Positions 38,774 to 46,855 of a DNA stretch of 64,000 bases are shown piece by piece. The DNA is taken from contig JANYBS010000026.1 in the NCBI GenBank assembly GCA_025360715.1, positions 5,699 to 69,698 on the forward strand, written 5' to 3'. Source of the DNA: Candidatus Eiseniibacteriota bacterium (lineage in GTDB: Bacteria; Eisenbacteria; RBG-16-71-46). The notes beneath the pieces were generated by a model. The model made no database searches. It saw only the letters and a program-made list of their open reading frames with translations, and was not told where the DNA came from. Both the position numbers and the translations under genes were made by a program. Position 1 is the first letter of the stretch, and each line of letters begins with the position of its first letter.

Positions 38774-39681
38774 AGCTTCACCTCCGCCGGGTCGCTTCCC
38801 CGCATTGCGTCGCCGAGTGCGCGCGGCACCGCGGCTGCGGCAGCGAACTTGCCACGCGCCACGAGCAGCGTCCAGAGCGCCGCCTGTTGGGCCACGAAGG
38901 CCGGGCCCCACGTGACGCGTGCCACACCGCGCGCGTGGCGCGCCCACATGGCGGCGTTCGCACGCAGGCGCTGGTAGACCTTCCACGCGTTGATCGCGCC
39001 GCCGCTGCTGGCGCTCACCTGATGCCACAGCCGCGCGGTCGGCACGAACAACAGCCGATAGCCGGCCGCGCGCGCGCGCAGCGACCAGTCGGCGTCCTCG
39101 GCGTAGATGAAGTAGCGCTCATCGAGCAAGCCCACCTTTTCCCACGCCTCGCGCGTGGCGAGCAGGCAGCAGCCGGTCAGGTAGCCCGTCGTGGTGATGG
39201 CGCGGTACTGGCCGTGATCGCGCTGGCGGATCCCCACGTGCGCCGCGAACGCCCACATGGGATCGCACACACCGCCCGCGTACCAGATCACGTCGGTGGG
39301 CGCCGCATGATAGATGAGCGGCGCGGCCGCGCCCGCCTGCGGGTCCTCGGCGAGCGCCGCGAGCAGGTGCTCGTAAAGTCCTGGGTCCGCCTGCACGTCG
39401 TTGTTGAGCAGCATCACGGCATCGGCGCCACTCTCGAGCGCGCGCACAAGGCCCACGTTGTTGCCGCCGGCGAAGCGCTTGTTCGTCTCGAGCGCGATGA
39501 GTTCGCACCATGCATATTCGTCGGCTACCACCCGCGGCGAGCCATCGGTACTCGCGTTATCCACGACGATCACGTGCGCGCGCCAGCCTTGAGGCACGCG
39601 GCAGAGCCGCAACGAGTCCAGCGTCTCGCGCGTGAGCTGAGCGCCGTTCCAACTGAGCACGATCACCGCAAGGGTCTTCAC
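38770..39681 (-). CDS. Glycosyltransferase family 2 (WbbL/rhamnosyltransferase-like)
   Basis: IVLSWNG, VVDNASTDGS, FAGGNN, LLNND, GCCLL, YAEDADW; start re-set to GTG 39681. Confidence 0.9.
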   Translation of the reverse strand: MKTLAVIVLSWNGAQLTRETLDSLRLCRVPQGWRAHVIVVDNASTDGSPRVVADEYAWCELIALETNKRFAGGNNVGLVRALESGADAVMLLNNDVQADPGLYEHLLAALAEDPQAGAAAPLIYHAAPTDVIWYAGGVCDPMWAFAAHVGIRQRDHGQYRAITTTGYLTGCCLLATREAWEKVGLLDERYFIYAEDADWSLRARAAGYRLLFVPTARLWHQVSASSGGAINAWKVYQRLRANAAMWARHARGVARVTWGPAFVAQQAALWTLLVARGKFAAAAAVPRALGDAMRGSDPAEVKL

Positions 39682-41261
39682 GCGCCGCGCGTCTCGCGTT
39701 CCGCGTTCGCCGCCGCAAAGGCCGCCGCGCCCGCGGCCACCGCCCCGGCCAGCAGCAGCAGCGCCGCGATCATGAGCGGCGCCGCCGGGATGCCGGCGTA
39801 GTGCGCGTACAGCCACCACACGTCGATCGCCTTGAGCATCGCGACCTGGTCCCCGGCCGAGATACCCAATCGCGGATCGGCCGCGCCCGCCTGGCCGAGC
39901 GTGGGCATGTCCCCGCGCAGATGCGCGGCGATGTTGGCCAACAGCATCTTCCCATGCTCGGTGATCGGGCTGAATGCAGGATTGAAATGACTCGCCTCGA
40001 GCGAGTGCGGGTCATCGAGCGCGCGCGTGTAAGGATAATCCCCCACCTCGCGCATCTCGGCGCCGAAGTAGATGCCCACGCCTGCAAGCTGCACGAGCAG
40101 CCCGATCGCCGCCAGCGCCCACGCCGCGCGCTTGAGCGCACGCGATCCGTATTCGAGCGCGAACGCGACACACAGAAACGCCGCCGGCAGCATGGGCACC
40201 AGATAGCGCGGCCCCCACGAGCCGTCGCCGGCCCAGTGCTGGAAGGTGGCGTATTGGACGAGCCCGATCGCCCACATCGCCGCAGCGCCGATGAACGCGC
40301 TGTCGGCGGCCCAGCCGTGGCGCGGCTCCTCGCCATGCGCGCGGCGGCGGCGCATCTCGCTCGCGCCCCACGGCAGCAGCCAGAGCAGCGGCGCGAACCA
40401 CAGCACGCCCTTTCCGCTCGAGAAGATCAGACCGTGCAGGCCTACCATCAAGGGAGTGCTGAACGCCGAGGCGCTCGCCTGTGCGCCGTAGCCGCTCTCG
40501 GCGGCGTTGTGGAAGCGCGCGTAGTTGTAGGCCAGGTGCCCGGCGCTCGCGAGTGCGATGCCGGCGAGCGGCAGCACCAACCGCATCGGCTTGCGCCACG
40601 GCCGCAGGGCCAGCAGCGCCGCGAGCGTGAGCGTGAGCATGCTCGCCTTGGCTGAGACTGCGAGGAAGGTGCCGAGCGCGCACCACAGCAGCCAGCGCCG
40701 CGCACCGGGGCGGTCCACGGCAGCGCCGGCAGCCGCCATCGCCGCACTACCAAGCGTGAGCAGCAACCCGAAAGCCTCGAGTGGTTCGGCCATGAAGCTC
40801 TTCGCGTAGATCCAGACGGGCGTCGTGAATCCCAGTAGCGCCGTGGCGGCGAGCGCTGCGCGGGGCCGCACGCCCAGCAGGCGCGCGAATGCGTAGAAGG
40901 CGGCCAGCATCAGCGCCGTGAGCATGGCGTTGAAGAACGACGCCACGAAGCGCGCCGCGAGCACGGCCTTGCCGCCCGGAAAGTGCCCGACACGGGTGGC
41001 CGTCTCAGCGATGGCCACGAGCGGCAGCGCGAGGATCGCCTGGCCCGCGGTGTTCTTGGAATAGAAGCGCCCATCAGGGCCTTGCAGGGTGGCGCCCTCG
41101 GGCACGTCGATGTGGCCATGCAGCATCGCGCGCGAGAGCTCGAACATGGTCACTTCGTCGCTGCCGGCGATGCGGCCGCCGCCGGTGAGTGCGAAGACGA
41201 GGAAAGCAGCGATGGCGATCAGCCGCGCGGTGGCGCCGATCGACGCGGTGCGGGTGCTCAT
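39678..41261 (-). CDS. Multi-TM putative GT-C glycosyltransferase
   Basis: First-loop acidic motif GSDE, YSK, TPVWIYAK, GKG-x-LWFAP, WGPRYLVP; many TM helices. Confidence 0.62.
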   Translation of the reverse strand: MSTRTASIGATARLIAIAAFLVFALTGGGRIAGSDEVTMFELSRAMLHGHIDVPEGATLQGPDGRFYSKNTAGQAILALPLVAIAETATRVGHFPGGKAVLAARFVASFFNAMLTALMLAAFYAFARLLGVRPRAALAATALLGFTTPVWIYAKSFMAEPLEAFGLLLTLGSAAMAAAGAAVDRPGARRWLLWCALGTFLAVSAKASMLTLTLAALLALRPWRKPMRLVLPLAGIALASAGHLAYNYARFHNAAESGYGAQASASAFSTPLMVGLHGLIFSSGKGVLWFAPLLWLLPWGASEMRRRRAHGEEPRHGWAADSAFIGAAAMWAIGLVQYATFQHWAGDGSWGPRYLVPMLPAAFLCVAFALEYGSRALKRAAWALAAIGLLVQLAGVGIYFGAEMREVGDYPYTRALDDPHSLEASHFNPAFSPITEHGKMLLANIAAHLRGDMPTLGQAGAADPRLGISAGDQVAMLKAIDVWWLYAHYAGIPAAPLMIAALLLLAGAVAAGAAAFAAANAERETRGA

Positions 41262-42049
41262 GCGAGTTCCTCCTTTGCGTCATGCGAGCCGCGGGCATGC
41301 CACTTCGCCAGGAATGCCTTCTTGTCGCGCTGCAGCCGGTAGACGACATGCAGCAGGTACGCGCTCACCGCGAGCACGCCCACGAGCGCGCTCAGCAGCA
41401 ACGTGAGCCGCAGCGGCCGCGGCCACTCATGCGGGATGTCGATCACGACAAGCAACGCTGCCAAGACGACCCCGAAGACGGCCTGCACGCGGAATGTCCG
41501 CATCTGCTGCTTCGTGTCGAAGCGTTCAGGTTCATCGAGTTCGAGTACGTCGCGCAGGTCCCACGCGCGGCGGTAGAGACTCCAGAAGAACCCGGTGAGT
41601 GCCGAGAAGCCGCATGAGTAAAGCGCGTAGACGCGCGAGAGATCCTCGTGGTGCATCTCCATGGTGTGCGCGCCCAGCAGCGGGTCGAGATACGAGCCCA
41701 TCATGAACTTGAGCGGATAGGTGAAGACCAGTGCGACGAACAAGATGCCGGCCATGGTCCAATGCGTGCGGATGTCATCCAGGCCGAAGCGGCGGCACCC
41801 GCGGTTCTGTATGCTCCAGATCCAGAACAGGATAATGAACGTGGCGGCGAATGAGAGCATGCCGCGGAACATGTTCAAGAGTTCCGTGGAGTCATGCGGC
41901 ACCTCGAGCGACAGCACACTCAAGGTGATGGCGAATGCGAGCACCGCGTCGCAGAACGCCTCGAGCCGGGTGTGGTGCTCCCCGCGCGCGCGGAACGGCA
42001 ATTCGTTGGCGTTGGTCAAGCCTAAGAGCCGCTCGCGCATCTCGTTCAT
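41258..42049 (-). CDS. TMEM175-family (DUF1211) potassium channel
   Basis: RLEAFCDAVLAFAITLSVLSLEVP matches the TMEM175 RLEAFSDGVFAIAITL signature; six TM helices. Confidence 0.85.
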   Translation of the reverse strand: MNEMRERLLGLTNANELPFRARGEHHTRLEAFCDAVLAFAITLSVLSLEVPHDSTELLNMFRGMLSFAATFIILFWIWSIQNRGCRRFGLDDIRTHWTMAGILFVALVFTYPLKFMMGSYLDPLLGAHTMEMHHEDLSRVYALYSCGFSALTGFFWSLYRRAWDLRDVLELDEPERFDTKQQMRTFRVQAVFGVVLAALLVVIDIPHEWPRPLRLTLLLSALVGVLAVSAYLLHVVYRLQRDKKAFLAKWHARGSHDAKEELA

Positions 42050-43212
42050 GCCCAGCCTCTTGCCGGCTTCAACTCATCGATCAGATCGACCGTGGACGCC
42101 GCGAGCGCGTCCCACGAGTGCTCGACCTGCAGCTTGGCGATATGCGGCGCCATGGCGGCGCCCAGCCGCTGCTCGAAATAGCGCTCGATCGTGGCCGCCA
42201 GCGCCACCGGGTCCTCGGGCGGGCAGGTGAGGCCGGTCTCGCCGTCTCGCACGGTCTCGGTGATGCCGCCCACCGTGGTGGCGATCACGGGCGAGCCCAG
42301 CGCGTACGCCACGTGCGTCACGCCGCTCTGCGTGCCGGATCGATACGGCAGCACGGTCACGTCGGCGGCGCGGAAGAGCGCCTCGACCTCGTCGTCACCG
42401 ATGTAGCGCTCCAGCAAGCGCACGGCGCCACCGCCTGCCGCTGCGGCGAGCGCGCGATAGTGTTCCGGCTTCTCGTAGAACTCCCCCGCCACCACGAGCG
42501 TGGCCTGCGGGCGGTGGTTGCGCACGATCGCCCAAGCTTCGAGCAGGGTATCGAGGCCCTTGTAGTGGCGCACGTAGCCGAAGAACAGCGCGACCTCACC
42601 GGCGAGCGCCAAGTGCGCACGCGCGGTTTCGCGCGTGTAGCGGCCGCGGTCGAACTGCGCGTAGAACGGATGCGGCACGCGGCGGCGCGGCGCGCCGGGC
42701 TTGAGCGTGTCGAGGTCGCGTTCGACCGAATCGCTCATCACCAGATAGCCATCCGAGTTGCGCATCATCCACGCCGAGAACGCCGCGTCGTAGAAGCGCG
42801 GCTCGTGCGGGAGGAGGTTGTCGCACACGAGGATCACCTTGGTGCCGCGCTTGCGCAGAGGTCCCACGCTCGAGGCGAACGACGGCGCGAAGAACGGCAT
42901 CCACCATTTCAGGACCACCGCCGCGGGTGCGAACGCTTCCAGATGCGCGGCGGTGCGGCGCCAACTCAGCGGCCCGATCGAATCCAGCAGCGCGCGCGTG
43001 GGAAAGCGCGGTGGCGCCGCGTTGGGATCGAACTGGCTCGTGCCCGGGAACAGGAATTCTGGGTATTGCCGCGTGAACGTGACCGCGCGGATCTCGGCAT
43101 GACCCTCGAGTGCCTCGCCCAGCAGCCCCAGATACTGCGCCAGGCCGCCGCGCCACGGATGCAGCGGGCCCAGCAGGGCGATGCGGCGTGAAGCGCTCGG
43201 GGCCGTGGACAT
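42046..43212 (-). CDS. Glycosyltransferase family 4
   Basis: GPLHPWRGG, LFFGYVRHYKGLD, LPYRSGTQSGV; start re-set to ATG 43212. Confidence 0.9.
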   Translation of the reverse strand: MSTAPSASRRIALLGPLHPWRGGLAQYLGLLGEALEGHAEIRAVTFTRQYPEFLFPGTSQFDPNAAPPRFPTRALLDSIGPLSWRRTAAHLEAFAPAAVVLKWWMPFFAPSFASSVGPLRKRGTKVILVCDNLLPHEPRFYDAAFSAWMMRNSDGYLVMSDSVERDLDTLKPGAPRRRVPHPFYAQFDRGRYTRETARAHLALAGEVALFFGYVRHYKGLDTLLEAWAIVRNHRPQATLVVAGEFYEKPEHYRALAAAAGGGAVRLLERYIGDDEVEALFRAADVTVLPYRSGTQSGVTHVAYALGSPVIATTVGGITETVRDGETGLTCPPEDPVALAATIERYFEQRLGAAMAPHIAKLQVEHSWDALAASTVDLIDELKPARGWA

Positions 43213-43220
43213 GCGTGCGC

Positions 43221-44252
43221 TCAGCGCTCGCGCGCGACCGACCAACTGGACATGCCGCGCGACTCGAACTGGAACGGCACGACCTGACCGCCGTGCTTCT
43301 CGAGCGCCGCCGCCACGCGATGACGGCGGTCGAAGCGAGTGAGCAGCAGGAAGTAGCCTCCGCCCCCGGCACCCGGCATCTTGCCGCCGATCGCGCCCTC
43401 TTTGCGGGCGATCTGGTAGAGCTTGTCGACGTGCGTGTTCGAGATGCCGTCATCGAGGCGCTTCTTCTGCTCCCACGCCTCGTGCAGCAGTTCGCCGAAA
43501 CCGTCGATGTGTCCAAGCAAAAGCGCGCGCTTCATCTCGTGCGCCTGCACCTTGAGGTGCTCGAGCGCTGCGACGGTCTTCTGGTTGCCTTCCACATACG
43601 AGCGCGTCTGGCGTTCGATGATCTTTGCCGACTGTCGCGTCTGTCCCATGTAGCACAGCAGCAAGCGGTACTCGAGCTCTTCCAGCGTCTGGCGGCGCAA
43701 GCGCAGCGGCGTGACGATTGTGCCCTCGCGCTCGAACTCGATGAAGTTGAAGCCGCCGAACGACGCCGCGTATTGATCTTGCCTCCCGCCCGCAAGCTTG
43801 AGGTCGACGCGCTCGATCTTGAACGCCATCTCGGCGATGTCATAAGGCGACAGGTCCAGCTTGAGCCACTCGCGCAGCACACCGATCAGCGCCACCATCA
43901 GCGTGGACGACGCACCCAGACCCGAGCCGGGAGGCGCGTCGGAGTGCGTCCACAGGTCGGCGCCGCGCTTGACCTTGAGCGCGCGCACCGCGGCCTTGAG
44001 CAGATCGAGCTGCCCGTCGAACTTGAGGCGCTTGGGATGGTCATATTTTGCAATCAGGTCGTAGTCGAGACTCGCCAGCGTGAGCCGCGTGTCACGCCGC
44101 GGGCTGAGCGCCGCGTACGCATGGTGATTGATCGTGGCCGAGAGCACGCAGCCGCCATGCTCTTCCGGATAGGGCGATACGTCGGTGCCGCCGCCGCAGA
44201 ACGAGATACGAAGCGGCGCGCGAGCGCGGTAGTAGCGACGGGTGATGCTCAT
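43221..44252 (-). CDS. hddA: GHMP sugar kinase, D-glycero-alpha-D-manno-heptose 7-phosphate kinase-like
   Basis: APLRISFCGGGTD, PPGSGLGASS, GRQDQYAASFGGFN, GAGGGG. Confidence 0.85.
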   Translation of the reverse strand: MSITRRYYRARAPLRISFCGGGTDVSPYPEEHGGCVLSATINHHAYAALSPRRDTRLTLASLDYDLIAKYDHPKRLKFDGQLDLLKAAVRALKVKRGADLWTHSDAPPGSGLGASSTLMVALIGVLREWLKLDLSPYDIAEMAFKIERVDLKLAGGRQDQYAASFGGFNFIEFEREGTIVTPLRLRRQTLEELEYRLLLCYMGQTRQSAKIIERQTRSYVEGNQKTVAALEHLKVQAHEMKRALLLGHIDGFGELLHEAWEQKKRLDDGISNTHVDKLYQIARKEGAIGGKMPGAGGGGYFLLLTRFDRRHRVAAALEKHGGQVVPFQFESRGMSSWSVARER

Positions 44253-44262
44253 GGCTTGATAC

Positions 44263-44952
44263 TCATGCCTTCAGCTCCCGCTGTGCCCGATCGAACTCCT
44301 CGGGCGTGCCGATGTCATAGAAGCGGCCCTCACACGTGTGGCCATGCAGCCGGCCCTCGGCCGCCAGACGCGGCAGCACGTCGCGTTCCAGCGAATGCGC
44401 GCCGGCTGGCAGCTCGCGCCAGAGCTCGGGTGAGAACACGTACTGCCCGCCGTTCACCCACGCCGGGCCCGAGAACTGCTCGTCCTTTTCGATGAAGCGC
44501 GCCACGCGGTCGCCATCGCGCTCGACGCGACCACGGCTGCGCGCGTCTTCCACGCGATAAAGCGCCACCGATCCCAGCGCGCCGCGCTCCCAGCGATCGC
44601 GCTCCATGGTCCACGGATCGGCCTCGCCCAGAGTGTCGCCGTTGACCACCAGCGCCGGGCCGTCGACGAACCGCTTCGCGAGCGCGAGCGCGCCACCGGT
44701 GCCCAACGGCTCGGTCTCGACCGAGTACTCGAGCGCGATGCCCAGCGCCGAGCCATCGCCCAACGAGTCTGCGATCTGTTCCGCGCCGAAACCCGTGAGC
44801 AACACGGCGCTGCGGATGCCATGGTCGCGCAGCCACTCGAGCTGCCGCGCCAGGAAAGGGCGGCCGCCGAGCGGCGCCAGCGGCTTGGGCAACTCACCGA
44901 AGCGCGGCTTGAGCCGCGTCCCGAGTCCGCCCGCCAGGACGAACGCTTTCAT
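44263..44952 (-). CDS. hddC: Sugar-1-phosphate nucleotidyltransferase (HddC-like guanylyltransferase)
   Basis: LAGGLGTRL, PKPL, EPLGTGGAL, NGDT, SLERD, FYDIGTPE; adjacent to the HddA-like kinase; start re-set to ATG 44952. Confidence 0.75.
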   Translation of the reverse strand: MKAFVLAGGLGTRLKPRFGELPKPLAPLGGRPFLARQLEWLRDHGIRSAVLLTGFGAEQIADSLGDGSALGIALEYSVETEPLGTGGALALAKRFVDGPALVVNGDTLGEADPWTMERDRWERGALGSVALYRVEDARSRGRVERDGDRVARFIEKDEQFSGPAWVNGGQYVFSPELWRELPAGAHSLERDVLPRLAAEGRLHGHTCEGRFYDIGTPEEFDRAQRELKA

Positions 44953-44954
44953 GC

Positions 44955-45896
44955 TCAGGCGTCCAGGTTGAAGCGGCGGCGCACCGGGTAGTCGGCGCGC
45001 GCCGAAAGATGCGCGATCATCTCGCCGAGCAGGCCCATGAGGATGAATTGGATGCCGAGCAGCACGCACGCCGCGCCGCCCAGCATGAGCGGCCGCACGC
45101 GCAGCGGGTCGCCGTGGATCCACTGCGCCACGAACCACAGCGCCAGGCCGAAGCCCGTGGTGAGAAACAGCAGCCCGATGCGGCCGAAGACGTGCAAGGG
45201 CTTGAGCGCCGAAGTCGAGATGAACGCCGCCGTGAGCAGGTCCAGGAAGCCGTTCACGAACCGCGAAGCGCCGAATTTGGACTTTCCGAAAACACGCGCG
45301 CGGTGATGTACGCCGATCTCGCCCACCCGGAAGCCGCGCCAATGCGCCAGCGCGGGCATGAAGCGGTGCAGCTCGCCGTACAGCTCGATCGAGTCCACGA
45401 CTTCGCGGCGGTAGAGCTTGAAGCCGCAGTTGAAGTCATGCAGCCGCACACCGGCGACCATCGACGTGACGGCATTGAACAACTTGCTCGGCAGCGTCTT
45501 GGAGATGGGATCGAGCCGCTTGACCTTCCAGCCCGACACCAGGTCCAGGCCGCCGTCGAGCGCCTCGAACATGCGCGGAAGCTCGGCGGGGTCGTCCTGC
45601 AGATCGGCGTCCATCGTGCACACGAGCGAGCCGCGCACGGCCTTGAAGCCCGTCGCCAGCGCCGCCGACTTGCCCAGGTTTCGCTGCAGCAGGATGCCGC
45701 GCACGTTCGGCGCAGAGGCGCACAGCTTCTCGATCACCTTGTCCGTGCCGTCACGCGAGCCGTCGTCCACGTAGAGGATCTCGTACGTCACGCCAAGCGT
45801 CTGCATGGCCGCCAGGACCTCGGCATGCAACTGGGGCAGGCTCTCGGCCTCGTTGAAGGCCGGGATCACCACGCTCAGGCGCGGCGCGTCGGTCAC
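44955..45896 (-). CDS. Polyprenyl-phosphate glycosyltransferase (ArnC/GtrB-like GT2)
   Basis: VVIPAFNE, VDDGSRD, MDADLQDDP, HDFNCGFK, GELHRF, two C-terminal TM helices; start re-set to GTG 45896. Confidence 0.9.
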   Translation of the reverse strand: MTDAPRLSVVIPAFNEAESLPQLHAEVLAAMQTLGVTYEILYVDDGSRDGTDKVIEKLCASAPNVRGILLQRNLGKSAALATGFKAVRGSLVCTMDADLQDDPAELPRMFEALDGGLDLVSGWKVKRLDPISKTLPSKLFNAVTSMVAGVRLHDFNCGFKLYRREVVDSIELYGELHRFMPALAHWRGFRVGEIGVHHRARVFGKSKFGASRFVNGFLDLLTAAFISTSALKPLHVFGRIGLLFLTTGFGLALWFVAQWIHGDPLRVRPLMLGGAACVLLGIQFILMGLLGEMIAHLSARADYPVRRRFNLDA

Positions 45897-46846
45897 GCCT
45901 TGCTCCCGTACAACCCCTGCGCCCAGCTCGCCTCGGCGTGCAGGCCCTCTTCGATGCCGATCTGGGTCGCATAATCCAGGTCCTGCTTGAGGCGCGTCGC
46001 ATCGGCGCGCGTACGCAGCGGATCGCCCGGCGGGCGCGTCTCGAACTTGAGCCGCGCCTTCACGCCCAGCGCCTTCTCGAGGATCGCGATCGTCTCGAGC
46101 ACATCCACCTGCGAGCCGCCGCCGATGTTGTAGACCGCCTGCGCCGTCGCGCGCTGCCACGCGCGTACGTTCGCCTCGATCGCATCGGCGATGAACGTGA
46201 AGTCACGCGACTGCTTACCATCGCCATAGACCGCGATCTCATCACCTTGGAGTAGCGCTTTGCAGAACTTGTGGAACGCCATGTCGGGACGCTGACGCGG
46301 GCCGTACACGGTGAAGTACCGCAGCCCCGCTACGTTCATGCCGAAGTTGCGGCCGTAGAGCAGCACCAGGTGCTCGGCCGCGAGCTTGGTCACGCCATAG
46401 GGCGAGAACGGCCGCGGCAACAGCATCTCATCGGTGGGGTACTTCTCGGCGTCGCCGTAGACGGATGAAGACGACGCGTACACGAACCGCTCGAGCGGCG
46501 TGTTCTGGTAGCGCTCGAGCAGGCGCTGCGTCGCGAGCACGTTGTGGTGCACGTATGCGGCGAAATCCTTGCCCCACGACGCGCGCACGCCAGCCTGCGC
46601 GGCCTGATGGAACACCACGTCCACCTCGGGCAATGCCGTCAGATCGGCGGCGCCCAGGTCGAGCTCCAGCAACTGGTACTGCGGGTTCTGCAGCGCGCTC
46701 TGGATGTTCGCCCGCTTGAGATTGATGTCGTAGTAGTCCGTGAAGCAGTCGACGCCGGTCACGCGCAGACCATCGGCGAGCAGCCGCTCGCTCAAGGTGG
46801 AGCCGATGAAGCCGGCTGCTCCGGTCACCAGTGCATGCTTGGGCAT
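45893..46846 (-). CDS. NAD-dependent nucleotide-sugar epimerase (UDP-glucuronate/glucose 4-epimerase-like)
   Basis: TGAAGFIG, AAQAGVR, ASSSSVYG, YGVTK, RYFTVYGPRQRPDMA. Confidence 0.93.
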   Translation of the reverse strand: MPKHALVTGAAGFIGSTLSERLLADGLRVTGVDCFTDYYDINLKRANIQSALQNPQYQLLELDLGAADLTALPEVDVVFHQAAQAGVRASWGKDFAAYVHHNVLATQRLLERYQNTPLERFVYASSSSVYGDAEKYPTDEMLLPRPFSPYGVTKLAAEHLVLLYGRNFGMNVAGLRYFTVYGPRQRPDMAFHKFCKALLQGDEIAVYGDGKQSRDFTFIADAIEANVRAWQRATAQAVYNIGGGSQVDVLETIAILEKALGVKARLKFETRPPGDPLRTRADATRLKQDLDYATQIGIEEGLHAEASWAQGLYGSKA

Positions 46847-46855
46847 TGAGGGTCC

